Source: Centroscyllium fabricii
Taxonomy: Eukaryota
Assembly: GCA_051313645.2 (NCBI GenBank)
Contig: JBNRSN020000014.1
Coordinates: forward strand, 72,726,001 to 72,790,000
Length of the DNA: 64,000 nucleotides
Reading direction: 5' to 3'
The translations under genes and the position numbers were made by a program. Within the stretch, counting starts at the first letter, position 1, and each line of letters opens with the position of its first letter. The notes beneath the pieces are model-generated. The model had not been told where the DNA came from. It searched no databases and was given only the letters and a program-made list of their open reading frames with translations. This document shows positions 1-11,035 of this stretch, one piece after another.

Positions 1-19
1 ACCTCACAACCCCAAAGCC

Positions 20-1768
20 TTGAGGAGATGCCTTGGATTTTTCTCCTATTATGCACAATGGGTCCCACAGTTCGCAGATAAGGCTAGACCACTCCTCAAG
101 GCTGCCGTCTTCCCCCTTTCGGTAGAAGCCCAAACGGCATTCGCCCGGATAAAGGAAGACATCATCAAGGCGACCATGCTCGCTGTTGATGAATCCATCC
201 CTTTCCAGGTGGAGAGTGACGCTTCGGACTTCGCCCTTGCTGCCACCCTGAATCAGGCAGGCAGGCCCGTAGCGTTTTTCTCCCGCACCTTACAGGGACC
301 CGAAACTCGCCACTCTGCAGTGGAAAAGGAGGCCCAGGCCATCGTGGAGGCCGTGCGCTACTGGCATCATTACCTGGCCGGTAAGCGTTTTACCCTGCTC
401 ACCGACCAACGGTCGGTCGCGTTTATGTTTAATAATAAACAACGGGGTATAATCAAGAATGATAAGATCCTGCGGTGGCGGATCGAACTCTCGACTTACG
501 AGTACGACATTCTTTACCGACCAGCTAAACTCAATGAACCCCCGGACGCACTGTCCAGGGGAACGTGCGCCAGTGCCCAGCTAGACCGGCTGAAGGACCT
601 CCACGACCGCCTTTGCCACCCGGGTATCACCAGACTCGCCCACTTCGTCAGATCCCGTAGCCTCCCCTACTCCATCACGGAGATCAAGGCTATGACCCGA
701 GAGTGCCCTGTCTGCGCCGAGTGCAAACCCCACCTTTTCCGGCCAGACACGGCACACCTCATTAAGGCCACCCGCCCCTTTGAACGTCTCAGCGTGGACT
801 TCAAAGGCCCCCTCCCTTCCACCGACCGCAACTCATACTTCCTCACGGTAGTGGATGAATTCTCCCGCTTCCCCTTCGCCTTCCCCTGCGCAGATATGAC
901 GAGCGCAACGGTGATAAAACACTTCACCACGCTGTTCGCCATCTTCGGTCTCCCCAGCTACATCCATAGCGACCGGGGGTCATCGTTCATGAGCGATGAA
1001 CTGCACCAGTTTCTGCTCCAGAAAGGGGTTGCCACGAGCAGAACGACCAGTTATAACCCCCGGGGGAACGGCCAGGTAGAAAGGGAGAATGGTATCATTT
1101 GGAAGGCGGTCACCCTGGCTCTGAAGTCCAGAGGCCTTCCAGTGTCCCATTGGCAGGCAGTCCTCCCAGACGCGCTGCACTCTATACGCTCTCTATTATA
1201 TACTGCTACTAACACCACCCCGCATGATCTGATTTTCTCCTTCCCCAGGAAATCGACTTCGGGGACAGCTCTTCCTCCATGGCTGACGACTCCGGGGCCG
1301 GTCTTCCTTAGGAGACATGTCCGGAGCCACAAGGCAGACCCCCTGGTGGACAAGGTGCAGCTCCTACACGCAAACCCACACTATGCATTCGTGCAGTTCC
1401 CGGACGTTCGTGAGGACACCGTGTCCATCAGGGACCTGGCTCCCGCAGGAAGCACCAATGCAGAGCCCCTGGTCGGCCAGCAGGCCGCTCAGCCACTGTA
1501 TCCAGAAAAGCCACCAGGCACACGATGGCCCCCGAGCTCCCCAGAGCCCCAGCAGTGGCCAGTACAAAACCACCACCCGGACGGTGTGGACCAGCTGGAC
1601 CCATCGCGATCTGAAGCCACGGCACCTGATCAGCGGTCACCACCGGCAGACGCGAGTGGTACAGACCAGGAGGCACCACCGGAACGCCGGCGGTCCTCCA
1701 GGCAGACACGACCGCCGGACAGACTGATCGTTAATTGTTCGGCCCATTCACCCACCCCCCGGACTTAA
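20..1768 (+). CDS. pol: Gypsy pol C-terminal part: RT thumb, RNase H, integrase
   Basis: Uninterrupted 582 aa; SDASDFA and LLTDQRS (RNase H), HDRLCHPG...CPVC (HHCC), SVDFKGP/SDRGSSF/GQVERENG (DDE). Confidence 0.9.
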   Translation: MRRCLGFFSYYAQWVPQFADKARPLLKAAVFPLSVEAQTAFARIKEDIIKATMLAVDESIPFQVESDASDFALAATLNQAGRPVAFFSRTLQGPETRHSAVEKEAQAIVEAVRYWHHYLAGKRFTLLTDQRSVAFMFNNKQRGIIKNDKILRWRIELSTYEYDILYRPAKLNEPPDALSRGTCASAQLDRLKDLHDRLCHPGITRLAHFVRSRSLPYSITEIKAMTRECPVCAECKPHLFRPDTAHLIKATRPFERLSVDFKGPLPSTDRNSYFLTVVDEFSRFPFAFPCADMTSATVIKHFTTLFAIFGLPSYIHSDRGSSFMSDELHQFLLQKGVATSRTTSYNPRGNGQVERENGIIWKAVTLALKSRGLPVSHWQAVLPDALHSIRSLLYTATNTTPHDLIFSFPRKSTSGTALPPWLTTPGPVFLRRHVRSHKADPLVDKVQLLHANPHYAFVQFPDVREDTVSIRDLAPAGSTNAEPLVGQQAAQPLYPEKPPGTRWPPSSPEPQQWPVQNHHPDGVDQLDPSRSEATAPDQRSPPADASGTDQEAPPERRRSSRQTRPPDRLIVNCSAHSPTPRT

Positions 1769-1788
1769 AATTTTCAAGAAGGGGTGAA

Positions 1789-2073
1789 TGTGGTAACCGT
1801 ATTATGTAATTGATTACCACTGTATTATTGTAACAATAATGGGCTGTGCAGATGTAAGGCACAGCCCTGTAACCTGTAAGCCCTGGAGCCAGGTCAGCCA
1901 CACCTCTAACTCCTCCCCCAGGTGAGGCCCTTTATAGGTGGAAACTGACCGAGGCTCCTCATTCCTGTACAGAAGTTCGTTTCGGAGGGTAGCTCCAAAC
2001 TTACCGATTAAAAGCCTTTAGTTACGGTAACTACTCGTCGACTCATTTGATCGGAGATATTGACGATACGTCA
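1789..2073 (+). repeat. 3' LTR of Gypsy A
   Basis: TG...CA ends, follows PPT, TATA-like TTTATAG and ATTAAA. Confidence 0.9.
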
Positions 2074-2239
2074 CTATGATTCTCCACACCAGGTGTGTCA
2101 GACGGTTCTATAGTAAGTTATCAGCATCCAGACACAACCTGAACCCAGCACTGGACCATGAATTGGCACAGTCCAGGTTTGCATCGCCCATTCTCATGGG
2201 ACTACCTGTAAAATTCCAGATTGCTTCCGGGAATATAAC

Positions 2240-2380
2240 CAGGCATATTAAAGACATCAAGGGGTATGGGGAGAGAGTGGGAATATGGTTTTGATGTAGA
2301 AGATCAGCCATGATCATATTGAATGGTGGAGCAGGCTCGAAGGGCCGAAAGGACTACTCCTGCTCCTATTTTCCTATGTT
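2240..2380 (+). mobile_element. CR1 LINE 3' end fragment
   Basis: IKGYGE-coding end plus GATCAGCCATGATC...GCTCGAAGGGCCGAA...CTCCTGCTCCTAT tail shared with other CR1 copies here. Confidence 0.75.
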
Positions 2381-2459
2381 AAATGTTTCCAACCTCAGGT
2401 ACCTGGGCTGTTCGACAATTGTTTTCAGTCTCTTGTGACCGAGTTGACGGCCTGTGTAG

Positions 2460-2736
2460 TGTGGTAACCCATATTGTATATACGATTACCACTGTAATAT
2501 TGTCGCCAACATTGGCTTTGTATGATACACCGCTTTGTAACACTGTCGTGGAGCCAGGTCAGCCACACCTCTAACTCCTCCCCCAGGTAAGGCCTTGAAA
2601 GGTGAGGACTGACCGGGGCTCCCTCATTCTATTCTGATGTTCGTTCGCAGGGTAGCTCCAAAGCAAGTTAATAAAAGCCTGTAGTTACGGTAACTACTCG
2701 TCTAGTCTTTTATTAAGACAAATTGACGAAACGTCA
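2460..2736 (+). repeat. 5' LTR of Gypsy B
   Basis: Direct repeat of 7012-7288; TG...CA. Confidence 0.95.
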
Positions 2737-2761
2737 ATTTTATTAACTTAAAAATTTTGAA

Positions 2762-5700
2762 ATGGAGAGCGGTGCGGTAAAGCCAGAGAAGCTGGACATC
2801 AGTCCACAGGACCCAGCTGCCGCCACCATGTTCGAACACTGGTTCGGTCTCCTGGAGGCCTATATGGACGCCGCCAAGGCTACAACCGACGAGAACAAAT
2901 TGCAGGTTCTCCAGTCTAGGATCTCCAGCCGAGAATTCTCCCTCATCCGAGACGCCAAAACCTACCCAGGGGCAGTGGAAAAGCTGAGGAAATGCTACGA
3001 GCGCCCGGTCCATTTGGTCTACGCCAGACATGTGCTCGCGACCAGACCACAACTACCGGGTGAGACTAATGAACAATTTGAGCAAGCGCTCCAGGCCCTG
3101 GTACGGGTCTGTGGCTGCCAAGCCTGGACAGCAGAAGAGGAGGCGAATCTCCTCGTCCGTGATGTGTATGTAACTGGCCTGAGGTGCGTGGAAGCCCGCC
3201 AGCGGCTGCTCGAAAAGGACTCTTTGACTCTTGAGGAGGCGATCTCCATAGCTAACTCCGTTGAAGGAGCAAGCAATAAGCTGCAGGCGTACAGCGGCAC
3301 AAACCCGCAGGCCTACGACATGTGGGCCGCGCCACACGGGCCCAGGCCTGGGCAGCACCACAACGGGACGACACCCCCATGATGGCTGCGACAGCCGCAA
3401 AGGACAAACGGTGCTATTTCTGCGGCCAGGGACTGCACCCACGAGCGAGATGCCCAGCGAGGACCGCGACCTGTGAGAGGTGCTCCAAAAAGGGACACTA
3501 TGCGAAGGCCTGTAGATCAGCACCAGCAGCGCCCAACTCCAGGTACAACAGCGCAGCCTGTGAAAGCTCCGCCAGACCTCAGGTAAGCTGCAATAGCAGC
3601 GCGATCCAGCGACGGTCCGGGGGTAGAAGGAAAGCGCCCCCATCTCCCACCCTGATGCAGCAAAGGCCGGCCAAGCACGACCCCCCAACGCCAGCGGCAG
3701 ACCCAGCGCGGCCCGCTGCGTGCGAATCACGGGCACCGCCAACCCAACCACCGCGGCTTGCTGCGTGCGAACCACGGACACCGCCAATCTAGTCACCGCG
3801 GCCCGCTGCGTACGAACCACGGGCGCCGCCAGCGCCCTCACAGCGGTCAGCCGCGTGCGAACCACGGGCGCCGCCATCTCGTCTCCAGCGGCCCACCATG
3901 TGCGACCACCCGGAGCCGCCATCTTGTCTCCAGCGGCCCGCCATGTGTGACCCCTCGGCGCCGCCATTTTGTCTCCAGGACCCCACCATGTGCGAGCCAG
4001 GGGCGCCGCCATTTTGTGTACAGCCCCAACCAGCAGGGGGCCCCCACACACAAAGGCACACTTCGGCCTCAGCCATACCCAAAGTGGACCAGGCTAGGCC
4101 ACACAACCTTTCTACCTCAATCATGCCGATTAAAATTAACGGCCATATTACCAATTGTCTGTTTGACACTGGAAGCACGGAGAGTTTTATACACCCCGAT
4201 ACAGCGCAGCGCTATGGACTGCAGATCCTGCCCATGAACTACCAAGTCTCCCTGGCTTCACAGTCCCACACCGCGGACGTCACCGGCTACTGCTCCGTCA
4301 CGCTCACGGTCAAGGGTTGCGTGTACCGTAATTTTAAATTGTACACCCTCAAGCAGTTGTGTGCGCCAGCCTTACTAGGTCTGGATTTCCAGTGCCACCT
4401 CAAGAGCGTGACAATGGAGTTCGGCGGGAACTTGCCCCCCCTCACCGTCAGTAGCCGGGACAGTCACTTCCCAAAGCAGAGCCCGGCCTGCGGCCTCTCC
4501 ACCCTGAAAATCGACCCCCCCTCACTGTTCGCCAACCTCGACCCCAAGTGCAAACCTATTGCTACAAAGAGTCAGCGGTACAGTGTGGGGGATCGCAAGT
4601 TTATCAGGTCGGAGGTCGGGCGTATGCTGAAGGAGGGGATAATTGAAGCCAGCACCAGCCCCTGGCGGGCCCAGGTAGTAGTGGTGAAGTCTGGTGAGAA
4701 ACAGCGGCTGGTTATTGATTACAGCCAGACTATCAACCGCTACACCGGGCTCAACGCCTACCCCCTCCCCCGCATCTCGGACATGGTCAATCAGATCGGT
4801 CAATATAAGGTGTTCTCCACGATCGACCTTAAGTCGGCGTATCACCAACTCCCGATCCGGAAAGCCGACAGCCCGTACACCGCCTTCGAGCCGAACGGTC
4901 GGCTCTACCACTTCCTCCGGGTCCCCTTCGGCGTGACCAACGGAGTGTCAGTGTTCCAACGGGAGATGGACCGCATGGTTGACCAGAACGAGTTGCGGGC
5001 CTCGTTCCCTTACCTGGACAATGTGACCATCTGCGGCCACGACCAGCAGGACCACGATGCCAATCTGGCCAAATTCCTTGACACGGCGGATAAGCTGGAC
5101 CTTACGTACAACAAGGACAAATGTGTCTTTAATACAGACCGGCTCGCCATCCTCGGATACGTGGTGGAGAACGGGGTCCTCGGCCCGACCCACAGCGTAT
5201 GCGCCCCCTACAAGAACTGCCCCTACCTCACAACTCCAAAGCCTTGAGGAGATGCCTAGGATTTTTCTCCTACTACGCACAATGGGTCCCACAGTTCGCG
5301 GACATGGCTAGACCACTCCTCAAGGCTGCCGTCTTCCCCCTCTCAGTAGAAGCCCAAATGGCATTCGCCCGGATAAAGGAAGACATCATCAAGGCGACCA
5401 TGCTCGCTGTTGATGAATCCATTCCCTTCCAGGTGGAGAGCGACGCTTTGGACTTTGCCCTTGCTGCCACCCTGAATCAGGCAGGCAGGCCCGTAGCGTT
5501 TTTCTCCCGCACCCTACAGGGACCCGAAAGTCGCCACTCTGCAGTGGAAAAGGAGGCCCACGCCATCGTGGAGGCCGTGCGCTACTGGCGTCATTACCTG
5601 GCCGGTAAGCGTTTTACCCTTCTCACCGACCAACGGTCAGTGGCGTTTATGTTTAATAATAAACAGAAGGGTAAGATCAAGAATGATAAGATCCTGCGGT

Positions 5701-6991
5701 GGCGGATCGAACTCTCGACTTACGAGTACGACATTCTTTACCGACCAGGTAAACTCAATGAACCCCCGACGCACTGTCCAGGGGAACGTGCGCCAGTGCC
5801 CAGCTAGACCGGCTGAAGGACCTCCACGTCTGCCTTTGCCACCCGGGTGTCACCAGACTCGGCCACTTTGTTAGATCCCGTAGCCTCCCCTACTCCATCA
5901 CGGAGATCAAGGCTATGACCTGAGAGTGCCCTGTTTGCGCCGAGTGCAAACCCCAATTTTTCCGCCCAGACACGGTGCACCTCATTAAGGCCACCCGCCC
6001 CTTTGAACGTCTAAGCGTGGACTTCAAAGGCCCCCTCCCCACCACCGACCGCAACTCATACTTCCTCACGGTCGTAGATGAGTTCTCCCGCTTCCCCTTC
6101 GCCTTCCCCTGCACAGATATGACGAGCGCAACGGTGATAAAACACTTCACCATGCTGTTCGCCATTTTCGGTCTCCCCAGCTACATCCATAGCGACCGGG
6201 GGTCATCGTTCATGAGCGATGAACTGCGTCAGTTTCTGCTCCAGAAAGGGGTTGCCACGAGCAGAACGACCAGTTATAACCCCCGGGGGAACGGCCAGGT
6301 AGAAAGGGAGAATGGGATCATCTGGAAGGCGGTCACCCTGGCTCTGAAGTCCAGAGGCCTTCCAGTGGCCCATTGGCAGGCAGTCCTCCCAGACGTGCTG
6401 CATTCAATACGCTCTCTCCTGTGCACAGCCACTAATGCCACCCCTCATGACTTGATTTTTTCCTTCCCCAGGAAGTCGACTTCGGGGACAGCTCTTCCTC
6501 CATGGCTCACGACACCGGGGCCGGTCTTCCTTAGGAGACACGTCCGTGGCCACAAGACCGACCCCCTGGTGGACAAGGTGCAGCTCCTGCACGCGAATCC
6601 GCAATATGCCTTCGTGCAGTTCCCGGACGGGCGCGAGGACACCGTATCCATCAGGGACCTGGCGCCCGCCGGGAGCACCACAGCAGAGCCCCTGGTCGGG
6701 CAGCAGCCCGCCCAGCCACAGTATCTAGAACACCCCCTACATCTACGATGGCCTCCGAGGTTTCCAGAGCTCCAGCCGTGGCCAGCCCAAGACCACTATT
6801 CTGATGGCTCGGACCAATTGAGACCACCAGCATACGAAATCACGGCACCAGAGCCGCTGTCACCACCACCGGACTCGAGCAGTACGGAACACGGCGAACC
6901 TTTATCGGAGCCCCGGCGGTCCTCCAGGCTGACACGACCGCCGGACAAGCTCATAATGATATGCTCGGTCCATTCACCCGGCCGGACTTAA
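2762..6991 (+). pseudogene. gag-pol: Disrupted gag-pol of Gypsy B
   Basis: Consecutive ORF pieces broken by frameshifts/stops; two zinc knuckles CYFCGQGLHPRARC/CERCSKKGHYAKAC, protease LFDTGS, RT YLDN, RNase H, integrase. Confidence 0.92.
3705..4030 (+). repeat. ~45-bp coding tandem repeat between gag and protease (CEPRAPPSCLQRPAM-like units)
   Basis: Repeated TGCGAACCACGGGCGCCGCCATCTTGTCTCCAGCGGCCCGCCATG-like units; counterpart at ~51945-52250. Confidence 0.85.
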
Positions 6992-7011
6992 CATTTTCAA
7001 GAAGGGGTGAA

Positions 7012-7288
7012 TGTGGTAACCCATATTGTATATACGATTACCACTGTAATATTGTCGCCAACATTGGCTTTGTATGATACACCGCTTTGTAACACTGTCG
7101 TGGAGCCAGGTCAGCCACACCTCTAACTCCTCCCCCAGGTGAGGCCTTTATAGGTGAGGACTGACCGAGGCTCCCTCATTCTGTTCTGATGTTCGTTCGG
7201 AGGGTAGCTCCAAAGTAAGTTATTAAAAGCCTATAGTTACGGTAACTACTCGTCTAGTCTTTTATTAAGACAAATTGACGATACGTCG
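7012..7288 (+). repeat. 3' LTR of Gypsy B
   Basis: Direct repeat of 2460-2736; terminal CA mutated to CG; followed by TSD. Confidence 0.95.
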
Positions 7289-8205
7289 TGTAGTTAAGAA
7301 CATAAGAACTAGGAGCAGGAGCAGGCCATTTGGCCCCTCGAACCTGCCCCACCATTTAATGAGATCATGGCTGATCCGATCTTCGCCTCAACTGCACTTT
7401 CTTGCCCGTTCCCCATTACTCTTGACGCCTCTGTTGTTCAAACGTCTGTCTATCTCCAAGTTAAATATATTCAATGACCCAGCCTTCACAGCTCTCTGGG
7501 GTACTGAATTCCACAGATTCACGACCCTCAGAGAGAAGAAACTCCTCCTCATCTGTGTTTTAAATGGGCGACCCCTTATTCTGAAACTCTGCCCCGTAGT
7601 TCTAGATACCCCCACGAGGGGAAACATCCTTTCAGCATCTACCCTGTCAAGCCCCCTCAGTATCTTATATGTTTCAATAAGATCACCTCTCATTCTTCTA
7701 AACACCAATGAGAATAGGCCCAACCTGCTCAACCTTTCTTCATCAGACAACCCCTTCATCTCAGGAATCAACCTCGTGAACAATCTCTGAACAGCCTCCA
7801 ATGCAAATATACCCCTCCTTAAATAACGAGACCAAAACTGTATGCAGTACTCCAGGTGTGGTCTCACCAACGCCCTGCGCAGTTGTAACAGGACTTCCCT
7901 ACTTTTATACTCCATTTAATTTGAAATGAAGGCCAACATTCCATTTGCCTTCCTAATTTCTTGCTGTACCTGCATATTAACTTTATGTCTTTCATGTACA
8001 AGGACTCCCAGATCCCTCTGTACTGCAGCATTTTGTAATCTCACTCTATTTAAATGATAATTTGCTTTATTAATTTTTCTACCAAAGTGGAGAACCTCAC
8101 ATTTTCCCACATTATACTCCTTCTGCAAAATGTTTGCCCACTCACTTAGCCTGTCTATATCCCTTTGCAGATTATTTGTGTCCTCTTCAAAACTTGCTTT
8201 CCCAC

Positions 8206-9681
8206 TGATGCACGATCAATTATACTCGAGCGCTGGTCAGTGAGCAGGGTAAACCGCTGACCGGCCAGGTAATGCCTCCAGTGGTGCACAGCTTCCACTA
8301 TGGTCTGTTGCATGGGCCGAGAGGAGAGCGATGTGGCGGCGCACCATGTCGGGGTGGATAAAGCTTGCCGTGCTCGCCGAGTCAAACAGGCAGTTCGTGG
8401 TGCAGCCGTTTACCTTACTGTCCATCATGGACTTCGTGAGGTGGTGGGGCTGGGACTGATCCAAGGTAATGGAAGCCAGTACCGAGATTGGTGGCTCATT
8501 GCAGCTAGCAGGGGAGCCGGGTCGGCCTGCGGCTGGAGGCATTCAAGATGGCGGACAATATGGGGGCTTCCATGAGTCGCACATGGTGGGGGGTATCCAA
8601 GATGGCCGCGAGGTCAGTTCACACGCGGCGCTGCTGGACCTGGGGGCAACTTGCAGACGCTTGCGTAATGTTCCTTCTGCTGGCAACGTGTGCATGTAGC
8701 GTCCTTCGCCGGACAGCGCTGTCTGGAGTGCTTTGCTTGGCCACAGAAATAGCACTTATGGCTCCGGGACACCACCGCGGTGGTCAGGCCGTTCGCGGGG
8801 TGAGGCGAGGGTGGTGCGGCGTAGGGCGTCAGGCCTGGCGTGTTCCAAGCTGGCGGCTGCCGAGAGGACCACGGGGCGGCCATGTGGCTGAGTGCGTACG
8901 CCTCCATACTCCGATGAGCCCCCTCGAGTGCGAGTCCGATATCTGTGGCCTTCTTCAGGGACAGTTTGCCCAGTTCCAGCAGTGTCTTCTGGGTGTAGTC
9001 CGATTCTACGCCTGCAACAATGGCGTCACGGACCATCAGCTCCCTGTGCTCATCTGCTGAGGCTGTTTCGCAGTTGCAGGCTCTGCTGAGCTCTGCCAGA
9101 GCCCACACAAAACCAGCAAAACTCTCACCAGGCCGTTGTTTGCGGGTCAGCAGGAGGTACCTGGCAAAACCCATGTTGGTCGGGCACTCGTACTGTTCCT
9201 TGAGGAGGGCCATCGCGGATGTGTAGGAGGTCGCTCCCTTGATGAGTTGGAACACTCGGTGATAGACCCGGGACTGCAGGAGCGAGAGTTTGTGGGTGTC
9301 CGTCTGGATAGTGTTGGCGGAGGCCGCCAGGAATCCCTCGAAACAGTTTAGCCAGCGGGAGAAACCGCTTGGCACCTCCGGTGCACTCGGGTCGAGTTCC
9401 AAGGTGGATGGCTTCAGGAGTTCTTCCATCTCAAAACATTTAGTGAATAAAATTGATGCACAATCAATTATACTCGAGACGAAGTAGAGAATACAACTGA
9501 GGCTTATATTCACTAAGAACCCTGGAACATCCTTAGGCTGACTGGCAACTCCTTGTAGTGAGCCAGGCTCCCAGAGTCTGTGCCTATATCAGGTAGGCTG
9601 GGGGCGGAGTCAGCTTCAGGCGTGCCCAGGCATGTATACACACAGGAAGAGGCAACTATATACAAAGAGTGGTTTACCACA
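8206..9681 (-). mobile_element. Internally deleted Gypsy (Mag-like) element C
   Basis: 5' LTR 9454-9681, gag, protease and RNase H scraps, last ~25 nt of the 3' LTR (8206-8230); near-TSD CCCAC/CACAC. Confidence 0.88.
8614..9429 (-). CDS. gag: Gag of Gypsy C
   Basis: MEELLKPSTLELDP..., homologous to gag at 2762; zinc knuckles CYFCGQAKHSRQRC/CTRCQQKEHYASVC. Confidence 0.8.
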   Translation of the reverse strand: MEELLKPSTLELDPSAPEVPSGFSRWLNCFEGFLAASANTIQTDTHKLSLLQSRVYHRVFQLIKGATSYTSAMALLKEQYECPTNMGFARYLLLTRKQRPGESFAGFVWALAELSRACNCETASADEHRELMVRDAIVAGVESDYTQKTLLELGKLSLKKATDIGLALEGAHRSMEAYALSHMAAPWSSRQPPAWNTPGLTPYAAPPSPHPANGLTTAVVSRSHKCYFCGQAKHSRQRCPAKDATCTRCQQKEHYASVCKLPPGPAAPRVN

Positions 9682-9914
9682 CACACAAATCTTTGTATCA
9701 TCCGCAAATTTGGCAACATTACACTCAGTCTCTTCATCTAAGTCATTGATATAGATGGTAAATAGTTGAAGCTCCAGCTCTCATCCCTATGGCAGCTCAC
9801 TGGTTAAAGTCTGAGTGTCTGTCTGGGTTTTACACTGTCCCTTTTCAGAGGGATTTGAGTGTTGTTTTTCATGAATTGCAGAAAGTTAGCATGCAGTTAC
9901 AAAAATCAATTCGA

Positions 9915-10483
9915 ACATAAGAACACAACAAATAAGAGCAGGAGTCAGTCATTTGGCCCTTCGAGCCTGCTCCGCCATACAATAAGATCATGCCTGATCT
10001 TCTACCTCATCTTCAATTTCCTGAACTATCCCCATATGCCTTGATTACCTTATTATTCAAAAATCTATCGATCGCTGTCTTGAATATACTCAATGACTGA
10101 GTCTCCACAGCTCTCTGGGGTAGAGAATTCCAAAGATTCTCCACCCTCTGAGTGAAGAAATTGCTCCTCATCTCAGTCCTAAATGGCCGACCCTTTATTC
10201 TGAGATTGTGACCCCTGGTTCGAGACTCCCCAGCCAGGGGAAACATCCTCCCTGCATCGACCCTGTCAAGCCCCGTAAAAATGTTGTATTTTCCAATGAG
10301 ATCACCTCTCATATTTCTAAACTGAAGAATATAGGCCTAGTCTACTCAATCTCTCCTCATAGGGCAATCCCTCCACCCCAGGAACCATTCTGGTGAAACT
10401 TCATTGCACTCCCTGTATGGCAAGTAAATCGTTCCTTAGGTAAGGAGACCAAAACTGCACACAATACTCCAGGTGTGGTCTCA
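9915..10483 (-). mobile_element. CR1 LINE 3' fragment
   Basis: RGDLI...TRGHNLRIKG...RVENLWNSLP motifs and CR1 tail. Confidence 0.88.
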
Positions 10484-10514
10484 GTAGGGAAATGGGATGT
10501 TAAACTTTTTGCAA

Positions 10515-11035
10515 ACGGTTTGCAGTAAAAGAATAAGTAAGTGATGCTGCAATTATATAGGTTTGTGATTATACCACAACTGGATTACTTTGTACAGTTT
10601 TGGTCTCCTTATCCAGGGAAGGATATACTTGCCTTAGAGGGGGTGCAACAAATGTTCACGAGATTAATTCCTGGCATGGGAGGACTGTCCTATGATGAGA
10701 AATTGAGTAAGATGGGCCTATATACTCCAGATGTTAGAAGAATGAGAGGGGATCTCATTAAAGCATTTCAAATTCTTAGAGGGCTTGATGGGGTAGATGG
10801 TGCGAGACTGATTCACTTGGCTGGAGAGTCTAGAACTAGGGGGTCACAGACTCAAGATAAGGCATCGATTCCAATTCGGACTGAGGTGATGAAAAATGTA
10901 TTCACTCAGAGGGTTGTGAATCTTTGGAATTCTCTACCCCAGAGGGCTGAGGAAGCTCAGTCGATGAGTGTATTCAAGACTGAGATTGATAGATTCCTGG
11001 GCACTAAGGGAATCAAGGGATATGAGGATAGTTCA
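10515..11035 (+). mobile_element. CR1 LINE 3' fragment
   Basis: LLQLY...VQFWSP...RMRGDLI...RVVNLWNSLP. Confidence 0.88.

Larger units (their letters stand above)
1..2073 (+). mobile_element. Gypsy (Mag-like) LTR retrotransposon A, 3' part (5' end outside window)
   Basis: RNase H-integrase ORF followed by PPT AAGAAGGGGTGAA and LTR TGTGGTAACC...ATACGTCA; close relative of elements at 2460-7288 and 48696-53543. Confidence 0.95.
2460..7288 (+). mobile_element. Full-length Gypsy (Mag-like) LTR retrotransposon B
   Basis: 277-bp LTRs at 2460-2736 and 7012-7288, 5-bp TSD TGTAG (2455-2459, 7289-7293), PPT before the 3' LTR, gag-PR-RT-RH-IN order. Confidence 0.97.
7297..9810 (-). mobile_element. CR1 LINE ORF2 3' region, interrupted by Gypsy C
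   Basis: LVRPHLEYCIQFWS...RGDLIETYKI...VVNLWNS and KCEVLHFG motifs; RT part resumes after 9682. Confidence 0.9.

Noticed and set aside
3053-4051. Long antisense ORFs over gag (also 51879-52772) and the off-frame ORF at 32901-33827
   Set aside because: Expected in GC-rich repetitive coding DNA; no motifs
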